Source: Eledone cirrhosa (lineage: Eukaryota). Taken from it: 64,000 bases of DNA. The stretch lies in assembly GCA_964016885.1 (NCBI GenBank), contig OZ024760.1, positions 10,540,001-10,604,000 on the forward strand, read 5' to 3'. A program made the translations under genes and the position numbers. Each line of letters opens with the position of its first letter. The stretch's first letter is position 1. Under the pieces are notes generated by a model that ran no database searches, was not told the origin of the DNA, and worked only from the letters and a program-made list of their open reading frames with translations. Of the stretch, positions 12,960 to 25,904 are shown piece by piece.

Positions 12960-13192
12960 TAAATCTTCTGGACGCTACAGGCACACTATGTCACCAATAG
13001 AGTAATCTACCCTTAATACATAATGCAGTGTCAGGGGAAGCAATCCATAAAAATAACCAGCTTGATAAAGGTTTATTAACCTTTAGCAAGCTGGTAATTT
13101 TTATGGATTGCTTCCCTCGATACTGCATTATGTATTAAGGGGAGATTACTGTTATGGTGCCCTCTGTTGCCCACAGCACATTGAAGGTTAAA
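12960..13192. repeat. Fold-back palindrome (about 85-bp well-paired arms, 4-nt loop at ~13074-13077)
   Basis: agtaatct.cccttaatacataatgcagt...aaaggtt[tatt]aacctt...actgcattatgtattaaggggagattact. Confidence 0.85.
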
Positions 13193-13218
13193 ATAGACTG
13201 TATTATGTCTGGTCTTAC

Positions 13219-13290
13219 CTTAATTAAGTCTGCTACTAATGAAGATATGAACATATTGTCAAGACGAATATCTTTGTTGTGTAACAATTC
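13219..13290 (-). CDS. Receptor guanylyl cyclase exon 11
   Basis: ttacAG; ELLHNKDIRLDNMFISSLVADLIK; donor GTAAGA. Confidence 0.92.
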
Positions 13291-13592
13291 CTGTAATATA
13301 ACAATGATAAAAAGATAAGGCTTCCAGGGTGGTAGGGAATTTGGGGATCTGAACTAAAGGGCACTACACTTCCTACTTCCCCATGACTTAGACTAAAGAT
13401 TATGGGTTTAGCCCCTCCCACAGTCCCACCCTCCCTAACTAGAACTAAAGGTTCTAGGCACTGCGTGACTATTACTACTACTACTACCACTACTGCTACT
13501 AATACTACTACTACTACCACTACCACTACTACTACTAATACTACTACCACTACTACTACTATTACTACTACCACTACTACTACTACTACTAC

Positions 13593-13626
<34 letters not shown>

Positions 13627-13874
13627 AATACTACTAATGCTACTACTTCTACTAATTTTTGTGCGAGGGGAAAGTTGATTAAATTAACCCCAGTGCATTA
13701 CTGGTACTCTATTTTATCAACCCCACAAGGATGAAACGTAAAGCTAGCCTCAGCCGGATTTGAACTCAGAAAGTAAAGGGCCATCACTCTCTGCCGCGAA
13801 GAAGGCTGTCCAATGCTCTATCAATACTGCCAAACCACCGCCCGCAACAGCAATAAAAAAGAGAGATGACTAAC

Positions 13875-14141
13875 CCCTAAATTCCTGGCGCAGTATTGGC
13901 GGACTATACAGCAATTCGGGGGCTCCACACAGGCCCCTATAAATCTGTTGATGTTCTCATGTTGCATTTCCTTCAACAGCTGCATACGTCTCTTCATTGT
14001 ACGAGTCAACTCAACACCCTTCTTCCCAGCAAATTTCACTGACACCTGCTGACCCTTGTAGAAGGGTTTGGCATTGGATCGGGTCAAACTAGAATTAGGG
14101 GTTGACACCAAGAAACTCCAGCGAGTCATAGCCTTTTTCAT
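13875..14141 (-). CDS. Receptor guanylyl cyclase exon 10 (kinase-homology domain)
   Basis: YKGQQVSVK...LKEMQHENINRFIGACVEPPNCCIVRQYC; donor GTTAGT. Confidence 0.9.
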
Positions 14142-14261
14142 CTGCAGCAAAAAATATAGGAGTCAATATTTTTCATTTTTTTTTTGAAAGATGGCGTTCC
14201 AGTATAGCCATATATAATAACTTTCTCTCCTTATCGAGATGACCAAAGTTAATGTTGAAGG

Positions 14262-15650
14262 TATCTACACACTTTCACACATATATCTACACACTTTCAC
14301 ACATATATCTACACACTTTCACACATATATCTACACACTTTCACACATATATCTACACACTTTCACACATATATCTACACACTTTCACACATATATCTAC
14401 ACACTTTCACACATATATCTACACACTTTCACACATATATCTACACACTTTCACACATATATCTACACACTTTCACACATATATCTACACACTTTCACAC
14501 ATATATATACACACTTTCACACATATATCTACACACTTTCACACATATATATACACACTTTCACACATATATATACACACTTTCACACATATATATACAC
14601 ACTTTCACACATATATATACACACTTTCACACATATATATACACACTTTCACACATATATATACACACTTTCACACATATATATACACACTTTCACACAT
14701 ATATCTACACACTTTCACACATATATCTACACACTTTCACACATATATATACACACTTTCACACATATATCTACACACTTTCACACATATATCTACACAC
14801 TTTCATACATATATCTACACACTTTCATACATATATCTACACACTTCCACACATATATCTACACACTTTCACACATATATCTACACACTTTCACACATAT
14901 ATCTACACACTTTCACACATATATCTACACACTTTCACACATATATCTACACACTTTCACACATATATCTACACACTTTCACACATATATCTACACACTT
15001 TCACACATATATCTACACACTTTCACACATATATCTACACACTTTCACACATATATCTACACACTTTCACACATATATCTACACACTTTCATACATATAT
15101 CTACACACTTTCATACATATATCTACACACTTCCACACATATATCTACACACTTTCACACATATATCTACACACTTTCACACATATATCTACACACTTTC
15201 ACACATATATCTACACTTTCACACATATATCTACACACTTTCACACATATATCTGCACACTTTCACACATATATCTACACACTTTCACACATATATCTAC
15301 ACACTTTCACACATATATCTACACACTTTCACACATATATCTACACACTTTCACACATATATCTACACACTTTCACACATATATCTACACACTTTCACAC
15401 ATATATCTACACACTTTCACACATATATCTACACACTTTCACACATATATCTACACACTTTCACACATATATCTACACACTTTCACACATATATCTGCAC
15501 ACTTTCACACATATATCTACACACTTTCACACATATATCTACACACTTTCACACATATATCTGCACACTTTCACACATATATCTACACACTTTCACACAT
15601 ATATCTACACACTTTCACACATATATCTACACACTTTCACACATATATCT
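14262..15650. repeat. 22-bp minisatellite, ~63 copies (source of the spurious 471/477-aa ORFs)
   Basis: ctacacactttcacacatatat. Confidence 0.97.
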
Positions 15651-15726
15651 TTAAGATCATTATTATTATAAATAAGTTGAGCTAGAAGAATCTGGAACAT
15701 TTTAGTGAGATAGATAAGTAACATAC

Positions 15727-15838
15727 TGATGACTTATTCGGTAACTCCATGATGTCATCAGGTGAAGTCAGGTAGATTATGTCTTTAAAGTTAATCTTCC
15801 ACAAAAGACGTTCAAGTTTTTTCTCATAAGAATAATGT
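15727..15838 (-). CDS. Receptor guanylyl cyclase exon 9
   Basis: tttcAG; RHYSYEKKLERLLWKINFKDI (post-TM YE..L..LLWKI motif); donor GTATGT. Confidence 0.88.
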
Positions 15839-16142
15839 CTGAAAATAGAGTAAAACAATTAGTCTATCACATCAATATTGATCATGAGCCAATCACCTGT
15901 GAAACATATGTAATGGTGATATACAATAAAAACATAAACATACAAGAGTCTGGCAATGAATACCGTAAGCCGTGATCAAGTCACAGCTATCTCAGTAATA
16001 GAGGTATATATGAAGACTATATGATGGCTATGAATACCTTAAGCTGTGATCAAATCATCAACACATTCTAAACACATTTGAATAATGTTTATTATGAATC
16101 ACACTATGTTAGTATCTAAACTACTGTTATTAATGTATGTGA

Positions 16143-16541
16143 GGGGATTGGCAGTATCGGTAGAGGGTCGGACGCCATGCTTTGACGCATAGAGTTACGG
16201 CCCTTGCCATACTGAGTTCAAATCCCGCCGAGGTTAACTTTGCCTTTCATCCTTAAGGGGTCGATAAAATAAAGTACCAGTAATGTACTGGGTAATTGCT
16301 GGCCTTGTGCCAAAAGTAGAAACAATTAATGTATGTGAGGGCGGTGGATTGGCAGTGGATTGGCAGTATCAGTAGAAGGTCGGACGCCATGCTTTGCAGC
16401 ATAGAATTACGTCCCTTTACGGTCTGAGTTCAAATCCCGCCGAGGTTAACTTTGCCTTTCATCCTTACGGGGTCGATAAAATAAAGTACCAGTAATGCAC
16501 TGGGGTAATTGCTGGCCTTGTGCCAAAAGTAGAAACAATTA
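16143..16541 (+). mobile_element. Two head-to-tail copies of a ~190-bp tRNA-derived SINE (Meta-domain-like). Other copies at about 5445-5628(-), 7986-8175(-), 11465-11655(-), 13660-13845(-), 19182-19385(+), 32193-32380(+), 35028-35215(+), 35334-35455(-), 39732-39918(-), 48630-48820(-), 51330-51523(+), 54933-55125(+), 63788-63930(+)
   Basis: A-box-like tggcagtatcggtaga; B-box gagttcaaatccc; body gcctttcatccttacggggtcgataaaataaagtaccag; target-site duplications visible. Confidence 0.85.
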
Positions 16542-17404
16542 TTGTGGTGGTCTGGTTTATGTACATTAGAATGTCATATAGAATACTTTGTGGTATTCTT
16601 TTCAGCTCTCAACTGTCTCATTTCAAATCCCACTGATGTCAACTTATCCTTTCATCCATTAAAAGTACCAGTTTAGTACTGGGGTAGTTTCTTCTTCTAT
16701 ATCTCTTTCTCACTTCCTCTCCCTCACTCTTTCTATCCTTCTCTGGAAGAAACCTGGTAAGGAGATGGGCTCCACCAAGTTTTAAAATGTCCTATAAATG
16801 CTGTATGTTAATAAGCCCCCATGACTCTCTCAAGAGTTACACGACTCTGTATGCATACCAGTTTGTTATACTGGAGTTAAAGAAAAAACTGGGAACCAGT
16901 TGTAGCATGCAGGAGAGAAGATTGTGCTGGTAGCATGGACATGTAATGTGTATGGGTGGGTTATGACTGGGGTGTAAAGAAGGGTCAGGATTTCCAAGTG
17001 GAAGGAAGTCATGGAAGAGGAAGACAGCACTGGTATAGACATGTAATGTGTAAGGATGATATTAATGGGTGAAGAGGTGCTGGGAAATATTGTAGGTTTC
17101 TAAGATAAGTCTTATCTCTTGGGATTATACTGAAGGCCTAAGATAGATCTTATCTCTGGGGATCATTGTGGATGGCTGAGATATGTCTTATCTCTGGGGA
17201 TCATTGTGGATGGCTAAGATATGTCTTATCTCTGGGGATCATTGTGGATGGCTAAGATATGTCTTATCTCTAGGAAACATTGCATTTGAAGTCTTCTTTT
17301 CATTGCAGATCCAAATGTCTCTTCTATTGTATTGAAAATGGCTTTATATATAAAATATAGTGACTTAGCTGTCAGTCACAATACCAACCAATATAGTGTC
17401 TTAC

Positions 17405-17474
17405 CTGACAGCCAGGATTCCAACCATAAACACCAATGTTGTCACAACACTGCAGACAACTACAACAGTCCATT
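17405..17474 (-). CDS. Receptor guanylyl cyclase exon 8 (transmembrane helix)
   Basis: ttctAG; EWTVVVVCSVVTTLVFMVGILAVR; donor GTAAGA. Confidence 0.88.
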
Positions 17475-17554
17475 CTAGAAAAAGAAAACAATATGTGATA
17501 TGAGACACAATACAGTGTATATTAGAAAATCTAGAGTATGGAATAGATGCTATA

Positions 17555-18005
17555 GTGCCAGCCATCTTCCACGCCATGCGGCTCTGAACAAGGTCATAAA
17601 GCAAGGCTTGAAGGCTGTAGGGGCTTCCTCTCCCAGCTTGAGTCAGTGGGGCTAGACCGAGGGAATGTCAAAAGGCCAGACAGGTGGGCCATCTTCCCAT
17701 TCCATGGTAGTAAACCTTTCATCTGGGATGCCACATGCAGTGATACATTTTCCTGCAGCCACCTGGTGCAGTCTGTGACTAGCTAGAGGCTGTGCTGCAC
17801 TTCGGGTCAAGGAGGGTAAACTCTCCAAATATCGATCGCTCTCTAACAGGTTTGCAGTCGAGCCCATGGCAGTGGAGACTTCTAGTCCTCGGTCCCTAGG
17901 GTCACCTCCAGCGGCACAGAGTTGGCTACCCGCAGGTTTGAGCCTCACGAGATGGAATGGCTCATCCAGCACATTTCCTTCACCATCCTCCGGGGAAATA
18001 CCTTC
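17555..18005 (+). mobile_element. Second, more degraded CRE-like RLE fragment
   Basis: Nucleotide similarity to 38630-39650 (ccacgccatgc.gc.ct.aa; tctgggatgccac; ggcagtggagacttct). Confidence 0.7.
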
Positions 18006-18900
18006 TGGTGGTGGTGATGGTGGTGGTGATGGTGGTGGTGGTGGTGGTGGTGATGATAATGGTGGTGGTGGTGATGGTGGTGATAATGGTGGTGGTGGTG
18101 GTGGTGATAATGGTGGTGGTGGTGGTGGTGATGATGGTGATAATGGTGGTGGTGATGATGGTGGTGATAATGGTGGTGGTGGTGGTGGTGATAATGGTGG
18201 TGGTGGTGGTGGTGATGATGGTGATAATGGTGGTGGTGATGATGGTGGTGATAATGGTGGTGGTGGTGATTGTGGTGGTGATGGTGGTGGTGGTGGTGGT
18301 GGTGATAATGGTGGTGGTGGTGGTGGTGATGATGGTGATAATGGTGGTGATAATGGTGATGGTGGTGATAATGGTGGTGGTGGTGATTGTGGTGGTGGTG
18401 GTGGTGATGATAATGGTGGTGCTGGTGGTGATGAGGATGAAAGTGATGGTGGCGGTAGTGGTTGTGATGACGACGGCGATGATAATGGTGATGACGATGA
18501 TGTAGAGGATGGCGGTGGTGATGATGGCGTTGGTGATGATGGTGGTGGTGATTATGATGATGATGATGAGGAAAGTGGCAGTGGTGGTGGTGGTGGTGAT
18601 GATGATGAAGAGAATGGTGGTGATGATGATGAAGAGAATGGTGATGATGATGATGATGAAAAGGATGGTGGTGGTGATGGTGGTGATGATGATGAAGAGA
18701 ATGGTGGTGATGATGATGATGAAAAGGATGGTGGTGGTGATGATGATGAAAAGGATGGTGGTGGTGATGGTGACGATGATAATGATGAAAGTGGTGATGG
18801 TGGTGATGATGATGAAGAGAATGGTGGTGATGGTTGGTGATGATGATGGTGGTGGTGGTGATGGTGGTGGTGGTGATGATGGTGGTGGTGGTGGTGATGA
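18006..18900. repeat. Compound (GGT)/(GAT) trinucleotide array
   Basis: Direct reading; intronic between GC exons 7 and 8. Confidence 0.95.
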
Positions 18901-18962
18901 TATCCACATGACTCACTAAATACATAATCAAGAGTTAATCAAGAACATATATAGGTCCTTAC

Positions 18963-19062
18963 CTGTGTTGTCAATACATTTGACACCATCAAATCCACAA
19001 TCAGGTTCCCCGACAGGTTTTACTCCCCTCACCCACAAGATCTCACGAAGTGGGTGATATTT
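18963..19062 (-). CDS. Receptor guanylyl cyclase exon 7 (juxtamembrane Cys pair)
   Basis: ttcAG; ILWVRGVKPVGEPDCGFDGVKC (W..G..P..EP.CGF.G.KC); donor GTAAGG. Confidence 0.92.
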
Positions 19063-19675
19063 CTGAAGAATGAAAAGACATAAACCTAAAGTTAAAGTCT
19101 TACAGGGAAATTTCCAAAGATTTGCTGGGTTCCAAAGAGGAAGGGAGCACCACACAGGGGTTATATATGGTCTAGATACAGGGCGATGGATTGGCAGAAT
19201 CAGTAGAGTGTCAGACAATATGCTTCGCAACATTGAGTTACGTCCCTTTACATTCTGGGTTCAAATCCCGCCGAGGTTAACTTTGCCTTTCATCCTTACG
19301 GGGTCGATAAAATAAAGTACCAGTAACACACTGAGGGAGGTTTAATCAACTTTTCCTTTCCCCAAATTGTTGACCTTGTGCCCTGGCTTTGATGATATTC
19401 ATTCTGGCTATATGCTCTCTAACTTCAAATCCTGCCGAGGTCAACTTTGCCTTTTGTCTTTTCGAGGTCAATAAAAAAAAGTATCAGTACTCCCTCAGGG
19501 GGAAACCAGTGTACTCAGGCCTGGAGAGGGATGGGCCCGCCAGGCTTAAAATGCCCAAGAAATACTGTATATCACTATGGCACTGCTATGACTCTATCAG
19601 GAGTTAGGGGGTCATACCAATTAGTAGACAGGTCATTGTGAAAATTTGCAATATTAGACTAAAGTTTTTAATATT

Positions 19676-19896
19676 TAACCCTTTAATGTTCAAACCGGCC
19701 AAAACCGGCCAGAATTCTCTACCGCTCTCTGTTGAAACTGGCTGTAACTGGTCGTTCAAACTGATGTTAAGGTATTGTTCTCAAAATAAATACTTTCAAA
19801 ATCTCATAGATTTGATATTATGTGAGATAATTATGTGAGCCTTTACCATGAAAATACAATAGTATATATAGAGTAATGTGAATGCTAAAGGGTTAA
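19676..19896. mobile_element. TTAA-flanked MITE (piggyBac-like termini TTAACCCTTTA...TAAAGGGTTAA). Relatives at about 21780-21970, 23820-24436, 30530-30860, 44670-46137, 48963-49249
   Basis: Terminal inverted repeats and shared internal sequence across copies. Confidence 0.7.
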
Positions 19897-20224
19897 CACA
19901 GACTTGTCAACTCCCCTGTCCAATGTAGGGGTGGACGAGAAATGTCTTCTCTTGTGAAAATGGGTATAGCTTTGATTATAGAAAGTCTCTCTATTTTGCT
20001 TCATTTCTCCCCATTTTGAGGCACTTTTTTTTTTTTTCACGGTACACCCTGTTCGAGTTTTTAGAGGTTGGCAGGTCTGTGAATGCGATGCAGTCATAGT
20101 GATGTTTTGTACTTTTCAAGTGTCTTACTAATGTGGTTTCATGGGGTACAGGATGTTAATAGTTAATTACAGGTAAGAATAATGGAATAAAATTTACAGG
20201 TAAGAATAATGAAATAACATTTAC

Positions 20225-20379
20225 AGGTGTTCCGCTTTCCTTTGAAGTCATCTCAAAACTGCCCACCTGTTCAAGAAACAGCTGGAATGGTTTGATGAGA
20301 TTTCTCTGTAAACTGAGGACTGTGTAGTTACCTTTGGCATCACCATTCTCATCAATGTACACCGAATAACCTTGAATAC
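20225..20379 (-). CDS. Receptor guanylyl cyclase exon 6
   Basis: SIQGYSVYIDENGDAKGNYTVLSL...VGSF; donor GTAAAT. Confidence 0.9.
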
Positions 20380-20735
20380 CTGCTCAGGTGAGATGGAAAA
20401 ACAAAAAAATACCAGATGAGATCAAACTGCAATATTTGAATGAACGAGACGTGTATATGTATATGTGTGTGTGTGTGTTTCAGTGTGTGAGTTTGTGTGT
20501 GTGTGATTAAGTGTATGTGTGTGTGTGTGTTTAAGTGTATGTGTGTGTGTGTTTGTGAGTGTGAGTTTATGCATGTGTGATTGAGTGTATGTGTAAATAC
20601 ATACCGCACCTAATAACTAAAGACCCAACCTTGTGCGCATGTGTGTGCATGTGTGTGTATACATTTATTATACTGCATGATTAAAGACCTGCCCTCCTAA
20701 AACCCAGAGACCCTGCTGAACCTTGAAATACATAC

Positions 20736-20871
20736 TTTCAAAAGATCTGGACCTTATTTTACTGGTGATTAGCTTGCCATCAGATATGTTCCTTCCTTCT
20801 AAGAAAGACTCAATAACAGCTCTACTGTACACTTGGATGGCATCATACAGGTAGGCTGCATGAATGGAGAT
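20736..20871 (-). CDS. Receptor guanylyl cyclase exon 5
   Basis: ctccAG; ISIHAAYLYDAIQVY..A....DGKLI (ANF-receptor YDA motif); donor GTATGT. Confidence 0.9.
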
Positions 20872-21347
20872 CTGGAGAGAGAAACGAGATTGATAAATAG
20901 ATAGACGAATGGGGACATATATTTAGGGTAACAACATTAAAACCTTTTGATAGCAACCTGGTCAAAACTGGCTCTGATTCTATAAAAGAAAAACCACCCA
21001 TTTTAAAGGGTTGCTATTTAACCATTTTGATATCATCATGACCAAAACCTGCTTTGGTTCTATGAAACAAAACCACCTATTCTAAAAGGTTCCTATTTAA
21101 CGCTTTTCATACCACCATGACCAAAAGCACACATTCTAATGTATCCCTATTTAACCCTTTTGATAGCAGCATGGTCAAAACTGGTTCTAGTTCTATGAAA
21201 CAAAACTAAATAGGAATTATTTTTAATGGTTCCTATTTGAATTGAAATCTTCCAACATAATATTTTTATAAAAATCATGTGTTAAGGTATTATGTTAGTA
21301 ATAAAATAATTAATAATTTTAGTAAAACCCTTAAAATTCTTCATTAA

Positions 21348-21524
21348 TATAAAGAATGATGTGCTCATGTGTGGAGATGCTATAACATAGCTTATAAAAT
21401 AGGGTAAAGTTGTCATCAGCCGCTATGAGACAATGGTAACTTTATTTTCCATCTTTAAGGGTCTCTACATTATTTTATAAGCTATTTTATAGCATCTCCG
21501 CACATAAGCACATCATTCTTTATA
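21348..21524. mobile_element. MITE with ~54-bp TIRs, TA-flanked
   Basis: tataaagaatgatgtgct...cttataaaata / tattttataag...agcacatcattctttata. Confidence 0.7.
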
Positions 21525-22416
21525 GTAACTTTATCTTCTCAGCCCTTTGTAAAAGTCCGAGAGATTGGTTATGTATATCTTCATTAATTAATTGAAATAG
21601 AGAGTATTTCAGTAGAGATATGGTCATAAAAAATGTTATGGGGATTTTAGCTGATTGTGTCCACCCCAGGACTTTTTGGTGGGTACTTATTTTATCAAAC
21701 ACAAGACACTTATTTTATCAACTTCAGAAAGTGTCAATGTGGTCACTTGACCTGCTAGAAATAGCTGTCAGACTTGTCTTAGCATTTAAACCGACCATCT
21801 GGCCAGAATTCTCTTCAAACCAGCCATAACCAGCTGCTTATACTGATATTAAGGTATTGTTCTCAAAATAAATAATATCAAAATCTCGTAGATTCGATAT
21901 TATGTGAGGTAAAGTGTTTACCAGAAAAATACAATAGTAAATATAAAGTAATGTAAATGCTAAAGGGTTCAATCACAGTCTCACTGTCATTAAAAATAAA
22001 GTGAAGACACATTGAGCAACTCAATCCCAGATACACTTAGGTTTAACACCAACACCTGGCACTTAGGTTGCACACATTTGGGCCTGATCTCCAATTTAAG
22101 GAGAACTTTCTCCCTCCCAGTAATCTTTGAAACTCTAAATAGGGTCATGGACACTTAACCAGTTGCGGAAGCATGGCGTCCGACCCTTTACCGATACTGC
22201 CAATCAACAACAATAACAAGATAATGTTGAGAAATATAAAACAACACTATGACAGTATCACATTCAAAATTCAAATCTTTACTCTAATAATACAGATTTT
22301 CACAACAATCTGTCTACCTCTATGCTATAAACATTTGAATTAACAATCCCATTTTAAAATATTTTCTGCTAAATTGTTACAGGACATTAAGAGCTAAAAA
22401 ACTTAATAATACTCAC

Positions 22417-22595
22417 TGGGATTTTTTTGAAAGGTAATGAGGGAACTTGGAAAGGTTCTCGACCAAGGTTTTGGCGTGTCCGTTCTATGAAAGAATCCCA
22501 ATTAGGGTTGCTAGGACCCCTTGGTGCCATTATTAACACTGACTGGAAGGCTTTTATCTGACTCTCTGTTAGAGACTCTTTACTTTCAAATGGTT
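22417..22595 (-). CDS. Receptor guanylyl cyclase exon 4
   Basis: tttcAG; EPFESK...AFQSVLIMAPRGPSNPNWDSF...EPFQVP; donor GTGAGT. Confidence 0.88.
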
Positions 22596-22654
22596 CTGAA
22601 ACAAATAAAAACGGTTTGAAAATCATTTACATCGCTTTTTAATCAAAGATTTAA

Positions 22655-23288
22655 CATTGATTATAAATATAATCCAAATATTGTATTGATTATAAATATA
22701 ATCAATATATTGTATAGGTAATAAATATAATCTATATATTGTATTGATTTTAAATATAATCAATATATTGTATTGATTTTAAATATAATTAATATATTGT
22801 ATTGATTTTAGATATAATTAATATATTGTATTGATTTTAGATATAATTAATATATTGTATTGATTTTAAATATAATTAATATATTGTATTGATTTTAAAT
22901 ATAATTAATATATTGTATTGATTTTAGATATAATTAATATATTGTATTGATTTTAAATATAATCAATATATTGTATTGATTTTAAATATAATCAATATAT
23001 TGTATTGATTTTAAATATAATTAATATATTGTATTGATTTTAAATATAATTAATATATTGTATTGATTTTAGATATAATTAATATATTGTATTGATTTTA
23101 AATATAATTAATATATTGTATTGATTTTAGATATAATTAATATATTGTATTGATTTTAAATATAATTAATATATTGTATTGATTTTAGATATAATTAATA
23201 TATTGTATTGATTTTAGATATAATTAATATATTGTATTGATTTTAGATATAATCGATATATTGTATTGATTTTAGATATAATTAATAA
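22655..23288. repeat. 29-bp AT-rich minisatellite, ~21 copies
   Basis: aatatattgtattgattttaaatataatt. Confidence 0.95.
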
Positions 23289-23569
23289 ATGATATACAGA
23301 ACAGATTAGGGGTTGACCTGGGGCTAAACAATAACAGCAACATTTACAACAACAATAACAACAACAGCAACAACTCCAGTAACAACAATAATCAAGACTT
23401 AACAGTAACAACAACAACAATAACAATAACAAGAACAAGAACAGCAACAGCAGCAGCAGCAGCAGCAGCAACAGCAACAACAACAATAACAACAACCACA
23501 GCAGCAATAATAACAACAACAACAACAGCAATAATAACAACAACAACAGCAGCAATAATAAGAACTTAC

Positions 23570-23719
23570 CAAAAATGAAGTACTTCATTCTTTTGGAGGG
23601 GTCATCTGGTTGGTCATTGACCCCAATGGTGACATAATCCCCACTATCTGTCAGACCAAATAAGTTGAGGGTTCGGACAAATTCTGTCAAAGCATGGTGA
23701 TCCCCTAAAAACACATAAA
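23570..23719 (-). CDS. Receptor guanylyl cyclase exon 3
   Basis: ctctAG acceptor; IYVFLGDHHALTEFVRTL...GDYVTIGV; donor GTAAGT; phase matches exon 2. Confidence 0.9.
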
Positions 23720-23871
23720 CTAGAGCACAACATTGATATCAGTAGTTTAGATAGTAACACAGTGTGATTCATAATAAACATGTATTTGAATCTATTTACA
23801 ATGAGTTGAGGATCACACTTTAACTCTTTAGCATTTAAACCGGCTGTATCCAGCCAGAATTTTCATCTTTT

Positions 23872-24436
23872 TCTGTTCAAACCGGCCATAACTGGCCACT
23901 CATACTGATGTTAAGGTATTATTCTCAAAATAAATAATATCAAAATCTCAAAGATTCGATATTATGTGAGATAAAGCCTTTATCTGTTCAAACTGGCCAT
24001 AACTGGCCACTCATACTGATGTTAAGGTATTATTCTCAAAATAAATAATATCAAAATCTCAAAGATTCGATATTATGTGAGATAAAGCCTTTATCTGTTC
24101 AAACTGGCCATAACTGGCCACTCATACTGATGTTAAGGTATTATTCTCAAAATAAATAATATCAAAATCTCAAAGATTCGATATTATGTGAGATAAAGCC
24201 TTTATCTGTTCAAACTGGCCATAACTGGCCACTCATACTGATGTTAAGGTATTATTCTCAAAATAAATAATATCAAAATCTCAAAGATTCGATATTATGT
24301 GAGATAAAGCCTTTATCTGTTCAAACTGGCCACTCATATTGATGTTAAGGTATTATTCTCAAAATAAATAATATCAAAATCTCAAAGATTCGATATTATG
24401 TGAGATAAAGCCTTTATCTGTTCAAACTGGCCATAA
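23872..24436. repeat. 111-bp tandem array inside a TTAA-MITE, ~5 copies
   Basis: ctgttcaaactggccataactggccactcatactgatg...gagataaagcctttat. Confidence 0.9.
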
Positions 24437-24797
24437 CAATGGTAGGTCAGGTGACCGTGTCTTGCTCATACGGAACTGATTTTGGCTTGATTTCTACAGC
24501 CGGATGCCCTTCCTAACACCAACCTCATTTACAATGCGTACTTGGTGCTTTTTTACCATGGTGCCTACATGACCACTTCAATGTGGACTGGGTGCTTTTT
24601 GTCATGGCGTTTTTTTTTTATTTCAGGTAGACGCGCCCCATCATTCACTTTTCTAAAAAAATATATCATACGTAAAACGCCAGCATCAACATTTTTCTAA
24701 GAGATGTCAACATGAATGGACCTGTTATTTTTATCTAAAGCCATTTTTTCCAATTGCACCCCAGCCGTCCCTTCAATCTACCTTTTTTCTCATTCCT

Positions 24798-24833
24798 TCT
24801 TCTGATGAAGGATTAGCATCTGAAACGTTAAGA
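24798..24833 (+). ncRNA. Minimal hammerhead motif
   Basis: tctt-CTGATGA-a-ggat(tagc)atct-GAAA-CG-TT-aaga; zero-loop palindromic stem III ACGT. Confidence 0.65.
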
Positions 24834-24915
24834 CCCTCTTTCTGCTATATCAAGCGTTAACCTAATATATTCCTTCCATATTCTGTACCGATTGTGTTGT
24901 TTCTGTTTACCTTTT

Positions 24916-24948
<33 letters not shown>

Positions 24949-25130
24949 CAAGCACACCCTGCCAGATATATATAATGTATATGACAACATAGTGAAAGGT
25001 CAGTTCTCAGTGGGAAGAAGAGTAGAGATTAGATAAATAAAATTCTTGAAATAAGTAAAATATGTTGTGTTGTGAGGTGAAGTAAGTTGTTGAATTTCAG
25101 GAAGAGTCCAGCTCTACCTATAATCAGTGC

Positions 25131-25212
<82 letters not shown>

Positions 25213-25335
25213 GGAGGGGAGTTTTATTGTATTACAATAAAGCAATGCAGATATCGGATAAGAAGCACTCTACAGTTTGTAGGACTGGAGTATACATAAT
25301 ATATAAGATCAAAAGATGGTTAAAAGAGTTCCATG

Positions 25336-25401
25336 TATTTTATTATGCGCATTTCAAAAACAAATATCATCATGCAATAATATTTGTGTTTTCATCAGAT
25401 A
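25336..25401 (-). ncRNA. Hammerhead motif, mirror copy in left palindrome arm (stem I shortened to 3 bp)
   Basis: Reverse complement of 25405-25470; core intact but 5' strand of stem I truncated at the palindrome centre. Confidence 0.65.
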
Positions 25402-25470
25402 TTTTATCTGATGAAAACACAAATATTATTGCATGATGATATTTGTTTTTGAAATGCGCATAATAAAATA
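25400..25470 (+). ncRNA. Type-I hammerhead ribozyme motif (complete)
   Basis: Stem I tattttat/ataaaata (8 bp); CTGATGA 25408-14; ~15-bp stem II; GAAA 25451-54; palindromic stem III ATGCGCAT; AUA triplet, predicted cleavage after 25462. Confidence 0.85.
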
Positions 25471-25500
25471 CATGGAACTCTTTTAACCATCTTTTGATCT

Positions 25501-25583
<83 letters not shown>

Positions 25584-25758
25584 TTTGAGTATGTGTTGGT
25601 TAATTACCGACATTTCAGTATGCAGGGTAGAGCACTCAACAAAGTGTGGTGCAGGTGAGTCTGTTTACACAACACTGACCATATAAAAAAATTGAAATAA
25701 TAGAAGTAAGCTTTATTCCATCATTTTGTTTTTTGTTTTTTTTTCTGTTCAAATTCTA

Positions 25759-25817
25759 GCTGTCTGATGAGGTCATAGCTGTTTCATAATGGTTATTACC
25801 GAAATATATATAACAGC
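25759..25817 (+). ncRNA. Type-I hammerhead ribozyme motif (complete)
   Basis: Stem I gctgt/acagc; CTGATGA 25764-70; stem II ggtcatagctg/tggttattacc; GAAA 25801-04; palindromic stem III ATATATAT; AUA triplet; AATAAA just downstream; element flanked by (TA)n. Confidence 0.85.
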
Positions 25818-25904
25818 GAATATGAATAAACGAAGTTTATTCATATTCACTTCTTGTTTATATATATATATATATATATATATATTATCATCAGGTGATC
25901 ATTA

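Larger units (their letters stand above)
25296..25510. repeat. Perfect palindrome, 106-bp arms, 3-nt loop
   Basis: 25296-25401 reads as the exact reverse complement of 25405-25510. Confidence 0.92.

Noticed and set aside
14239-15685. 471/477-aa His/Thr/Tyr-rich ORFs
   Set aside because: Translations of a stop-free 22-bp minisatellite inside a GC intron
17866-18931. Gly/Asp-rich and poly-His ORFs resembling structural or metal-binding proteins
   Set aside because: Trinucleotide array open in nearly all frames; intronic; no independent gene structure
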